Of a stretch of 64,000 bases of DNA, positions 55,392-64,000 are shown one piece after another. The translations under genes were made by a program, and so were the position numbers. This stretch comes from a virus. The notes under the pieces were generated by a model, which saw only the letters and a list, made by a program, of their open reading frames with translations, was not told the DNA's origin and searched no databases. The stretch is taken from positions 1 to 64,000 of the IMG/VR virus record IMGVR_UViG_3300025101_000019; one strand, written 5' to 3'. How positions within the stretch are numbered: the first letter of the stretch is position 1; each line of letters begins with the position of its first letter.

Positions 55392-57466
55392 TATCGTACT
55401 ACCTTAAAGTAAAAGTTGTCATCGTAATATTTTATGTCACTTCCTTGGTCAACCCTAAAACAGAATTTATAAAATCGTTCAGGTTGTAATCCGTTAAACC
55501 AAAAATTGAAATAGTTACCACTTGCGTCACAACTTAACTTTGTGTAGTTTGTATCGAATGGAATGATAACTTGTTCGGTTTGGGAATCTACTACTGAGTA
55601 ATATGATGTAGTTGGTAAATATTTTATCGTCTTTAAAGGTGACGATTCAAATGTCCTTGTTGGATATCGGTCTCTACCAAATACTCTAATCTTAGCTTTA
55701 GAACTTTCTTTATATTCTGTTGAAAGATTCTTCACATATAATATAAGGTCATCGCCTGTTAGTGCGTTTAGAGACCCTGTTACAAATGTAGAATCATCCC
55801 ACCTTGCTTCTAATACAGGTGGATAGATTGTATGAGTATCAGATGAAAAGAACTTTATTGAACCGAATTTTTTATCTGATGCTTCATCATTGTTAGACTT
55901 TTTAATAATAAGTCCGTTGTTCGTCCTTGTACCATTAATCATTTCGTTTACATACTCTGTAACTGGCACATCTAAATTGTCAGTTGATTTTGTAAACACT
56001 TGTTTGTAATGTATGCCTGCACTAAAAGATGATGTGAACCATGTTCCACCACCACTTGTTTTAACAAACGATGCTTCCCATAATGTATCATGGAATGCCG
56101 ACCCTGTTAGGTCGTGGTCTGTTGATAATATTTTAAAGTTGTCAATAGATGCACTTGATTGTATTGAACTTCCACTTGCAAAGTATGACCATCTAAATAA
56201 ATGTTGTCCTGATTCTCTTGCTTGGAATTTTACTGTTGGTGTAAAACTTGATGTAATATATCTTATTGCATTATCAAAATCGTTAACATCAACTAATCTA
56301 CCTGTTGGTGTTTGTATTGTAAACTCAACACCCAATGATTGACCTTCTGCATTTACTCTTGGGAAACTTCCTGTGTCTATTGAAAAACTAGCAGTATAGT
56401 TTCTACCTTCTTGTAATGAAAACTTTCTATTTAAAGTTGCACCACCATTATCGGATGCGCTTATATTTAAAACATCGTTAGCTATAAAGGCTGACCCTGT
56501 GATTCCTTGTGAGTTATCTATTCCCTCATTTATAAAATATGTAGATGGTAATCCACTTACATTTACAGAGAACTGGTCATTTACCAATGTTGATGAAGGT
56601 TCATCTTTAAAGAATAAGAAATTGTCAATTGAACCTGCTGACCCATCCGAACCATTTTGGTCAAAGAAAGAAAATTGTAATTTATGAAGTCCAGAAGCAC
56701 TTGCCGTAAATGCCATTTTATATGTTGCGGTTGATATTAGTGATTCTTGGAATCCTGCAATCTCGTTATTCAATAAATCCCCTGCAGGGTTTACTACATT
56801 GAAGTCAACGCCTGATAAGGACTCTCTATTGAAATCAAATTCTACTTTGTATATTTGTCCTGCATCTAATGACGCTGATAAGTTTGCCGTACCACCACTA
56901 AACTCAGATGCCGACATTGCCATCTTACCACCTGAAACAAATAACAATGGTTCATCACCATTTTGTCCATTAATTTTATCTACTAACTCAAACCCACCAA
57001 GACCTGATACAAAGTCTATTGAGGATATTAATGAGTTTATTAAACTTGAATCTTTTATCTCACCGACCAATGCACCTGTTACATCCCAAGTTTGACCTGT
57101 ATTAGGTTCAACCCACGAACATCCCTCTTCGTGATGTGGTGTATCTGCTTCTTGTCCTAATCCCTCTACCCATGCTTGTTTGATTGGATAAACAAACAAT
57201 TCGAAATCTTCTTGTAAGTCTGCACTTTCAACATTCTCTAATCGTAATCTATATTCAGGTGATGTTATTGTTCCATCTGAAACTGAACTTGAGATTTCAG
57301 CTAAGTCGAATTGAACCAATGCCCTACTATTTCCTAACAAGTTAGTATTAGATGGGTCATACAATTTATTGACCTCAAGAATTTGGTCTTTACCTGTATT
57401 CTGGTCCTTACGATTTGAATCTTCGTAAATTGTAGTATCTTTATTTGCGTATATTCTATAAATCAT
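55391..57466 (-). CDS. Virion structural protein (DNRLRE-like N-terminus, carbohydrate-binding-like inserts)
   Basis: KDTTIYED...NTG...SRALVQFDL, two related beta-sandwich inserts ending in SIDNF, and FFSSDT...PPVLE. Confidence 0.6.
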   Translation of the reverse strand: MIYRIYANKDTTIYEDSNRKDQNTGKDQILEVNKLYDPSNTNLLGNSRALVQFDLAEISSSVSDGTITSPEYRLRLENVESADLQEDFELFVYPIKQAWVEGLGQEADTPHHEEGCSWVEPNTGQTWDVTGALVGEIKDSSLINSLISSIDFVSGLGGFELVDKINGQNGDEPLLFVSGGKMAMSASEFSGGTANLSASLDAGQIYKVEFDFNRESLSGVDFNVVNPAGDLLNNEIAGFQESLISTATYKMAFTASASGLHKLQFSFFDQNGSDGSAGSIDNFLFFKDEPSSTLVNDQFSVNVSGLPSTYFINEGIDNSQGITGSAFIANDVLNISASDNGGATLNRKFSLQEGRNYTASFSIDTGSFPRVNAEGQSLGVEFTIQTPTGRLVDVNDFDNAIRYITSSFTPTVKFQARESGQHLFRWSYFASGSSIQSSASIDNFKILSTDHDLTGSAFHDTLWEASFVKTSGGGTWFTSSFSAGIHYKQVFTKSTDNLDVPVTEYVNEMINGTRTNNGLIIKKSNNDEASDKKFGSIKFFSSDTHTIYPPVLEARWDDSTFVTGSLNALTGDDLILYVKNLSTEYKESSKAKIRVFGRDRYPTRTFESSPLKTIKYLPTTSYYSVVDSQTEQVIIPFDTNYTKLSCDASGNYFNFWFNGLQPERFYKFCFRVDQGSDIKYYDDNFYFKVVR

Positions 57467-57477
57467 ATTTTAACCCT

Positions 57478-59400
57478 TTAAAATAGTGGTACTACTTTTC
57501 CTCTAATATCTTGTTCTGGGAATTTTATCTCAAATATAGATGGGTCTTTAGGTGGATATACAACTCCCTTTCTTGTTGCGGTTACAATATCATATCGTTT
57601 GTTGGAATAACTTCCACCATACTTGTTAATGACTTGTAAACCACCAAGACCATCTTTATCAGGTCGTACCACACTTTGTACCCCATCCACTTCATCTAAC
57701 ATTACATATATATCAGATAATAATATCGGTTGATTAATACTTCTTTTATTAATTGCAAAATAGTCCTTTATCTTTTGAATACATTTTAAAAGTACATCAT
57801 TAGAATTAAAGTTAGGTTTAACTACGATTTCAAAATCAATACCTACATTTACAATGTAACCATCTTTAATATTGATTGCGTCAGTTAATATTCTATAATA
57901 CGATAAATAATTTCTTAAATTTTGTTTAGTTGCCGGATTTAAAACTGTTAACTTTTTGTTTGCGTCATATCCTAAACAATAAAAGTTTATAGCTAATGGA
58001 TTTAAAACACTTTCGTTTGTTAACGGACCATCATCAAGTGGTGTCTTGATTTGAAAATCAGGAGCAACAAACGCTTTTGCTATTGAACCAAATTGTGGTG
58101 GTAATGCGTATGCTCTTACTAAGTAATCTTCTCGTGTCACATTTCTATTCTGTGCACTAAAGTAAGCTTTTGCGTTTTCTCTTACCTCTTCAATCTCTTC
58201 TTCAAACTTACCACCAACCGCAGGTCTCTCATTTATTACTGCGATGGATTGTTTGATTTCGTTAAACAACGCTGAATCTAATCCGATGCCTGTTGTTTCT
58301 ATTTCAACCTCGGCTACTTGGTTTAGGTCACCTGCGATTACATTATCAATTACACCAAGACCAACTCTGTAAGTTACTGTTAGTTCTTGATTTGCAGGAG
58401 CGATTCCATATGTTTTACTATATAAAAAGTTTGATGGGTCTAATCCTTGATTTAGATTTCCATTTGCGTTATATAATGCAGAACCCACATTGTCTGGATT
58501 AGGAAGTAACTCTTCATCTGCGTTTGCAGATACGCCTGCACCAAACTGAACTATGATTTCACCCTCATCACTTATACGAGTTATATATCTTTTAGGAACT
58601 CTTTTTAGTTTTAGTAAAGCGGGTGTATCATTACTAAATGCAGAATATGTTAATGAGTAGTCTGCCGTATTTGGACTTTCTGTAAATACAGTATCTTGTC
58701 CAAGGTAATCTACCTTAGTCCAAGTTTCACCATCATCGTCTGTTATTTTGATTACATCAATTAACCCATCCTCATCTTGAAGTTTTATCTTGTCATAAAT
58801 CTTTGGTGAACCAAATGTAAAAGTCTGAGTCTTTTCTTTACCACTTGTTGCCTGTACATATTTCTTTAAAAGATATTTTACAGGTAAGTTTGTATTATCA
58901 TCTACTTGGTATACTGATATTTCAGTTGGGTCAAACGATGATGAGTAATTAAATCTAACTTTTTGATTTGTGCTAAACTCGATATCACCATTTGATTCTG
59001 CGGTTATTTTTGCACCTTCTTTTATATTTAATGCGTATCTAAAATCTGGTCTTACATTTGCACCACTACCAATTGCTGGTACTAATTGGAATACTGCCAT
59101 ATTTGTTGTTGCGGGTACATTTAATTTTGGTTTGTATCCATACGCCTGTGATATTGCAAATATGTTTTTCTTTTCTTGTGCTTGTTCTAATATAGATTCT
59201 CTAAGTTGAACATCAGTATAATATGAAAGTACATCCCCAACATATGAAGATAGTTCCAACATCATCATACCTGGAGAGGACTCGTTAAAGTCGTTAAAAG
59301 TTTGAGGGAAATAAGTTTTTGTAAAGTCTACAAGATTCTGTCTTATAGAACCAAACTCTCTTCCTATTAACTTAACATCTTTTTTAATTTTATCTGCCAT
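57478..59400 (-). CDS. Baseplate wedge subunit (T4 gp6-like)
   Basis: DFNESSPGMMMLELSSYVGDVLSYY and AQNRNVTREDY motifs. Confidence 0.88.
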   Translation of the reverse strand: MADKIKKDVKLIGREFGSIRQNLVDFTKTYFPQTFNDFNESSPGMMMLELSSYVGDVLSYYTDVQLRESILEQAQEKKNIFAISQAYGYKPKLNVPATTNMAVFQLVPAIGSGANVRPDFRYALNIKEGAKITAESNGDIEFSTNQKVRFNYSSSFDPTEISVYQVDDNTNLPVKYLLKKYVQATSGKEKTQTFTFGSPKIYDKIKLQDEDGLIDVIKITDDDGETWTKVDYLGQDTVFTESPNTADYSLTYSAFSNDTPALLKLKRVPKRYITRISDEGEIIVQFGAGVSANADEELLPNPDNVGSALYNANGNLNQGLDPSNFLYSKTYGIAPANQELTVTYRVGLGVIDNVIAGDLNQVAEVEIETTGIGLDSALFNEIKQSIAVINERPAVGGKFEEEIEEVRENAKAYFSAQNRNVTREDYLVRAYALPPQFGSIAKAFVAPDFQIKTPLDDGPLTNESVLNPLAINFYCLGYDANKKLTVLNPATKQNLRNYLSYYRILTDAINIKDGYIVNVGIDFEIVVKPNFNSNDVLLKCIQKIKDYFAINKRSINQPILLSDIYVMLDEVDGVQSVVRPDKDGLGGLQVINKYGGSYSNKRYDIVTATRKGVVYPPKDPSIFEIKFPEQDIRGKVVPLF

Positions 59401-59411
59401 GTTGTATTACC

Positions 59412-59846
59412 CTATGCTATTGATAGACCACCTTGTTCATCTATCCCTACTATAATTATCTTGTTTGCTCCAGTTTCTCCTACTGAAAATGAAAATGAAA
59501 AGTTTACTCTGTTATTATCTGCTTCAGTATCAACTCTAATTTCTTTCATTTTAATATAAGGTAACCAAAACTTAATATCTTTTTCAAGTCCACCTTTTAA
59601 ACTTTCGATTAATTCGTCTGTTATATTTTCAAAAAGAAATGAAGGTAAGTCTGTTCCAAACAAAGGTTGAAAGGGTCTCTCACCCTTTCGTGTAAGTAAT
59701 AAGTTTTTAAGATTTGATAACGCCTGTTCTTCTGTTGTCATCGTACTACGAAATATTGGAGCACCACCCAATGGGAATGGAATCCCAATTGCAGTATTCT
59801 TTTTTAAATCTAATGGATTTATTTTTTTCGTAGGTCTTGTAGCCAT
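59412..59846 (-). CDS. Baseplate wedge/sheath initiator (T4 gp25-like)
   Basis: NLKNLLLTRKGERPFQPLFGTDL...WLPY. Confidence 0.92.
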   Translation of the reverse strand: MATRPTKKINPLDLKKNTAIGIPFPLGGAPIFRSTMTTEEQALSNLKNLLLTRKGERPFQPLFGTDLPSFLFENITDELIESLKGGLEKDIKFWLPYIKMKEIRVDTEADNNRVNFSFSFSVGETGANKIIIVGIDEQGGLSIA

Positions 59847-60292
59847 TATACTCTACCCTTCTTTTTGTTTATTGCTTTCATTAAACCTGAATAATCTTTT
59901 GTTAATGCGTTTCCTACACCAGAACTCATCACTGCGTTTACATCAACTGCTTTACCATCAGAATCTTTTGTTGGTATCATTGATTGTGGTGTTGATGGAC
60001 TACTAAGTCCCATCATAGATGCCATAGTTGCTCTATCCATTCCTTGTGCATTATTTGCAGTCATAGTTCCACCACCCATTGTTGGCCAATGGTCAACTGT
60101 TTCATTTAATAGGTCTGAGAATTTCCCACCCTTAAATTTAACATTTGGCTTCTTAACCTTTTTTGTTGGTTGAGGTGTACTCATTTCTTGAATAATAGAT
60201 TCACGAATGGCAAGTTTCTCTTTTGCCACCTGCTTCTTTACTTCTTCTTTTATTAACAATCGTATTGCTTTTACAAATTTATTAGTGTCCAT
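59846..60292 (-). CDS. Hypothetical protein, possible head cargo
   Basis: LIKEE, IIQE and LLNE sites. A promoter motif at 60296-60303 lies 3 nt before the ATG. Confidence 0.55.
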   Translation of the reverse strand: MDTNKFVKAIRLLIKEEVKKQVAKEKLAIRESIIQEMSTPQPTKKVKKPNVKFKGGKFSDLLNETVDHWPTMGGGTMTANNAQGMDRATMASMMGLSSPSTPQSMIPTKDSDGKAVDVNAVMSSGVGNALTKDYSGLMKAINKKKGRV

Positions 60293-60315
60293 AATAATAA
60301 ATAGTTTTATTTTAA

Positions 60316-61374
60316 TTAATTTTTCATTAAATTTAACTCTGTCGTTATTTTAGCGATTCTTGCTTTGATTCCAGTACATTGTCCTTTCAATGCACCACCT
60401 GCGGAAGCAAGTGGGGCGTTTACTCCTACATATTTGTTAGGTGTTGTACTAATGTTTGGAATAGCTCCATTTGAAGCAAATCCACTAACCGCATTATTTA
60501 ACGCATCGAGTTCGTTTTTAATTTCGTCTATTTGTGTAAACATATTATCCATCGCAGCTTTCCATGCTGGTGTTGATATATTCACATCTTCTGTTCCTGC
60601 CAATATAACTCTATCCTTTTTAGCATTTAATAATACTCGGTCAGAGTTAACCATAAATTGTGGGTCACCCCATAGGTTAGCAGGTGTTACTCCTAAAGAA
60701 AATGGATGTGCTTGACTTAAGGATATAGTTTGTTTGGATGTCATATATAATGAAGTATCATCCTCATCAACTTCTTCTATAACAAACTTATTCCAACCAC
60801 TTGAATTTTGAGTATTTCTTAGTATTGTAATTGGTGATGTAGAGTCACCTTTCCAACTTGGTTTTTCAGTTGTCTTAGCACCTTGTGGAGTATATCCAAG
60901 TCTGATTGATTGTCCAAACCTTCCTTCAACTATCACATCACCACTAAATGGTTGTAGTGCGGATACACCACCCACCTCTTCAAATCCAAAATCAAATTGA
61001 AAAGGTTTAGTAGAACTTGCTTGTGGATTACCTGCAGATGCTTCTGCATATCCACCCGAGTTAGCTGAATCACCTTCAAGTGTTGTATATCCTGATGGTA
61101 ATGCGTTATGATTTGTATTCCTTTGTAATGACAACGGAGTTACATAATACATTCGTGTTCTACTTGATAGTGCGTTGGAATCAGGACCTCTTTCATTAAT
61201 GAGGTATACCATTTCCCCTGCAACGGGTACTCTTTTTATGTTGGTATCCAAAGGCCATGCAATTTTTTCGACCTTACTTCTACCTGATGCCATGTTTACC
61301 TCAACCTTAATTGAGTAAAGTAAATCGGAATCAGAGTCTTGTAGTTTTACTTCTGTAACGAGACCTGTGGCCAT
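60316..61374 (-). CDS. Baseplate hub/spike protein (gp5-like)
   Basis: OB-fold-like N-terminus (PVAGEMV), GDVIVEGRFGQSIRLG and NSDRVLLNAK. Lies just upstream of the gp25-like gene. Confidence 0.6.
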   Translation of the reverse strand: MATGLVTEVKLQDSDSDLLYSIKVEVNMASGRSKVEKIAWPLDTNIKRVPVAGEMVYLINERGPDSNALSSRTRMYYVTPLSLQRNTNHNALPSGYTTLEGDSANSGGYAEASAGNPQASSTKPFQFDFGFEEVGGVSALQPFSGDVIVEGRFGQSIRLGYTPQGAKTTEKPSWKGDSTSPITILRNTQNSSGWNKFVIEEVDEDDTSLYMTSKQTISLSQAHPFSLGVTPANLWGDPQFMVNSDRVLLNAKKDRVILAGTEDVNISTPAWKAAMDNMFTQIDEIKNELDALNNAVSGFASNGAIPNISTTPNKYVGVNAPLASAGGALKGQCTGIKARIAKITTELNLMKN

Positions 61375-61733
61375 TATACTTCTCCTGTTTCTTCTTTAGG
61401 TAGGTCTTTTTCAACCTCGTCTATGGCGTCCATCAATTGTCTTTTCTCTTCATCAGACAACATATAGTTTCCACCATCGGTGTTATTATCTTTCATCATT
61501 CGTTGAACAATTGCTGCAAGTTTTATTAATGCGTCATCATTCCTAACGGATATGTCGAGATACTCCTTTATTAAAGGAACAACTACTGAGGCATCATTTA
61601 GATTCTTGACCATTGGTTCAAGTTGTGCAATCAGTAGTTTTATTTGTCGGTCTTTCTTTTTCTGATTAGAATAAATGTCAGCCATTACATCTGAAAAAGA
61701 TTTACCTTTAAAAATTTCATCGTCTTTGGTCAT
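61374..61733 (-). CDS. Hypothetical helical protein
   Basis: 119-aa ORF overlapping both neighbours. Confidence 0.6.
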   Translation of the reverse strand: MTKDDEIFKGKSFSDVMADIYSNQKKKDRQIKLLIAQLEPMVKNLNDASVVVPLIKEYLDISVRNDDALIKLAAIVQRMMKDNNTDGGNYMLSDEEKRQLMDAIDEVEKDLPKEETGEV

Positions 61734-62448
61734 TGAATTCCTCGATTCTATGATTTATTTCTAAGTGTCCTTTTGAGACAAAATCGATGTACAACTCTTT
61801 ATATACATTTTTTAATTTACCAATTACTTTTGTAATATATTGGGTTTGAACACCAGTTCTCTCTCTAATAAGTATGTAAAGAGCCTTTTTGTTGTAAGAA
61901 TATAAATCATGTCTTGTTCTAAATAACTCTGTAACTGAGTCTGCTATTTTCTGTTCTCTATCTTTAGAAAACAACTTGTATAGATTTGCGTCAACATATC
62001 TAACATAGAAATCAAAAAAGTCTGCTATTGATTCTTTTAACTCCTTATCGTAAACTTCGTTACCTATATTTCTTGAACTATCAATATACTTTACTTCGGT
62101 CTTTTGTTTCATTCTTTGATAGTTCTGATTATTCTCATTGAATAAATAGTTTCTTGCTACCACAGTAAAATAAGAAAACGCCCTACCATTAGCTCCATTA
62201 AATTTATGAATCTTTTGGTTTAGGAACGCAACAACATTAGCTTTGACATCATCATATGGGACATCGAAATAGTATGTCTTATATGTGTGAATAACATTTT
62301 CAGCTAACTTGTCAAATGGATAATGAATAAATCTATTGTAGATTTTATTCTTCATCTTGTAGTCGTCTGAATTGTTGTATGCGTTAATAGCTATTTCAGT
62401 AATCTTCGTGAAATACCTTTTACTCCTTTTCCTTCGTTTCCTCGGCAT
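61717..62448 (-). CDS. Phage sigma factor (T4 gp55-like late sigma)
   Basis: KLAEN...IHKFN...RAFSYFTVVARNYL resembles sigma region 2 and the gp55 FAYFT segment. Confidence 0.7.
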   Translation of the reverse strand: MPRKRRKRSKRYFTKITEIAINAYNNSDDYKMKNKIYNRFIHYPFDKLAENVIHTYKTYYFDVPYDDVKANVVAFLNQKIHKFNGANGRAFSYFTVVARNYLFNENNQNYQRMKQKTEVKYIDSSRNIGNEVYDKELKESIADFFDFYVRYVDANLYKLFSKDREQKIADSVTELFRTRHDLYSYNKKALYILIRERTGVQTQYITKVIGKLKNVYKELYIDFVSKGHLEINHRIEEFNDQRR

Positions 62449-62707
62449 AATAATTTTCAAGTTTTTCTATGATTGTATATAACTGCTTAAATACAAATCC
62501 AGTTTCATCATCATTTTCAAATGCTCCTTTAGTATCTAAGTCCTTCATCTTTTGCATTGAGTCATCTATTTCCTTTGCAAAGTCAGATATAAATTTTTCT
62601 TGTTCTTCAACAACTTCTTCAGCAGCTTCATTCTTTCTCAGTAAATTCCAAGTAGTGAATGCAAATACTATTGTTGTTAAAGACAATATAATAATTGTTT
62701 GTACCAT
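62420..62707 (-). CDS. Small membrane-anchored coiled-coil protein
   Basis: N-terminal TM helix followed by an acidic coil. Confidence 0.6.
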   Translation of the reverse strand: MVQTIIILSLTTIVFAFTTWNLLRKNEAAEEVVEEQEKFISDFAKEIDDSMQKMKDLDTKGAFENDDETGFVFKQLYTIIEKLENYYAEETKEKE

Positions 62708-62711
62708 AATT

Positions 62712-63503
62712 TTAATCTTCTACGATATCTTTAAATGCATCAAATACTTTTTTAGTATCCTCAGTCGATGTCTTTGAGGTATTAAATGTATCTGATAATT
62801 TTCCTTTTGTAGATGGTCTTCCGTTTGGATTACGAGTTGACTTTACTGGCGCCATCTCTTTTTGCCATCTTTCATACTCATATCTAGCTGCGTTGATATC
62901 TGCTTGATGCATGATATGAGGTAGAGGTGTTTTAAGGGTTTGGTCTTTATTGAAAGTAATATAATACTTTTTATTAGACTCATCATACAACCCATCTGTA
63001 AGTTGTATTCCTATCCACTCCTCTTCACTACACTTAACTCCAAAATAGTTTAGAAGATAAAAACTTCTAAGACTATGGTCCATATAATTTAGGTTTGGAT
63101 TTGTTTTGTAAATCTTACCTTGGTTTTTAACATGCCACTCGGAGTCGTTTTTAATATAGTGGTCTTCTTCAACCGAACCAAGTTTACCTAAGTCGTGGTG
63201 TAACGCCGTAAATATAAGAGACTCCTTACTGAGTCCTTCTAAATCAAGACCCCACTTTTCTTGTAGGTCATATATACTAAGTGCGTTTCTTGTAACTCTA
63301 AGTACATGGTCAATGTATCCACCAGGAAATGCATTATGATAATGTTCAACTGATGATGCAGGTGTATAAATTATTCTCTCTTCAAAATGGTCATACATTT
63401 TGTTTAGTGATTCTAATCTCTCACCTGTAAATGTTTGGTTGATTAATTTTCTAAATTTTTCGTAATTACTTACTAATTCTTCTGCAGTAAAAAAGTTTGT
63501 CAT
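62712..63503 (-). CDS. HD-domain phosphohydrolase
   Basis: HNAFPGGYIDHVL, ALHHDLGK and HQAD motifs. Confidence 0.85.
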   Translation of the reverse strand: MTNFFTAEELVSNYEKFRKLINQTFTGERLESLNKMYDHFEERIIYTPASSVEHYHNAFPGGYIDHVLRVTRNALSIYDLQEKWGLDLEGLSKESLIFTALHHDLGKLGSVEEDHYIKNDSEWHVKNQGKIYKTNPNLNYMDHSLRSFYLLNYFGVKCSEEEWIGIQLTDGLYDESNKKYYITFNKDQTLKTPLPHIMHQADINAARYEYERWQKEMAPVKSTRNPNGRPSTKGKLSDTFNTSKTSTEDTKKVFDAFKDIVED

Positions 63504-63504
63504 T

Positions 63505-64000
63505 TTATATTATTTTATCTATTATTCCAAGTTCTAATGCTTGTTCTGAAGATATAAAGTAATCATTGGATGATATACTTTCCCAATGTTCTTTATCTTT
63601 CTTTGTACACTCAGCCATAAGTTGATTACAATCACTTTCTAATTCTTCACTAAATTTAGCATTTGATTTTACATCACTTAGTTTACCTACTACAACAGTA
63701 GACAATTGGTGTACCATAATCTTTGAGTGTTTGGATGCCATACGAGTACCCGTACCACACGCCAGTAATAATGCTCCTGCGGACATCGCAGCTCCTCTAA
63801 CAATGATATTGTATTTGATACCTTGTTTTTCTTGAGACCTCATAAAGTCAATTAACCCAAGAGTTTCAATCACATCACCGCCTGGTGTATTCAATAAGAT
63901 ATTGAATGTCTTAACATCACCACCATTGAGTTTGTTTAGTAATCTTGATTTTGATATAACATCAAATGTCATACCAGATTGGATTTCACCTTCTATAATA
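63505..64000 (-). CDS. clpP: ClpP-like serine protease (5' end outside the window)
   Basis: LNTPGGDV, GAAMSAG, IMVHQ and ALELGIID motifs. The frame stays open to the window edge (IIEGEIQSGM...). Confidence 0.88.
   Translation of the reverse strand, partial: IIEGEIQSGMTFDVISKSRLLNKLNGGDVKTFNILLNTPGGDVIETLGLIDFMRSQEKQGIKYNIIVRGAAMSAGALLLACGTGTRMASKHSKIMVHQLSTVVVGKLSDVKSNAKFSEELESDCNQLMAECTKKDKEHWESISSNDYFISSEQALELGIIDKII

Noticed and set aside
3564-60303. Reading plus-strand TATAAATA as canonical T4 late promoters driving plus-strand genes
   Set aside because: No credible plus-strand genes follow them, and their positions track minus-strand starts. Antisense transcription is not formally excluded.
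2694-62777. Numerous plus-strand ORFs of 60-213 aa (for example Ser-rich 13091..13732)
   Set aside because: All lie antisense to well-supported minus-strand genes and have no recognisable motifs.
1-64000. Stop-codon reassignment as seen in some large phages
   Set aside because: The standard code gives long, abutting ORFs, and TAG and TGA both end genes at sensible boundaries.
1-64000. tRNA genes to accompany the CCA enzyme
   Set aside because: No cloverleaf or T-loop consensus was seen, and intergenic gaps are mostly too short. tRNAscan on the full genome is needed.

Overview
This is a 64-kb, AT-rich segment of a large T4-like myophage. Every credible gene is on the minus strand, and the standard genetic code gives near-continuous coding. 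In transcription order (64000 down to 1) it contains: ClpP-like protease (cut by the window edge), HD hydrolase, gp55-like sigma factor, a baseplate cluster (gp5-, gp25-, gp6- and gp7-like), T7-endonuclease-I-like resolvase, primase, a fused Mre11-Rad50 (gp47-gp46) gene, a 3161-aa tail protein with a mini-intein, a 1205-aa multi-enzyme protein, basic modular proteins, terminase, portal, prohead protease, small head-region proteins, ribosomal protein bS21, scaffold, major capsid protein, PhoH, cadherin/fibre proteins, and a Hint-collagen protein that the ORF track missed. The best candidate for a new system is capsid cargo. Many late ORFs carry an N-terminal 'MxKLKx[LI]LxE'-type tag and [ILV]-x-E linkers that match T4 gp21 prohead-protease sites. 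One of them strings together NMNAT-like, CCA-adding and RNA-ligase-like domains, which suggests a virion-delivered tRNA/NAD repair kit. Other highlights: bS21 together with Shine-Dalgarno sites on structural genes; 15 copies of a late-promoter-like TAYTTATW motif, the reverse complement of the T4 late promoter; a Hint prodomain that can probably only cleave at its C-terminus; and a GC-rich three-way-junction RNA in a 5' UTR. A Bacteroidota host is inferred, not shown. Family names come from motif recognition by eye; no searches were run.
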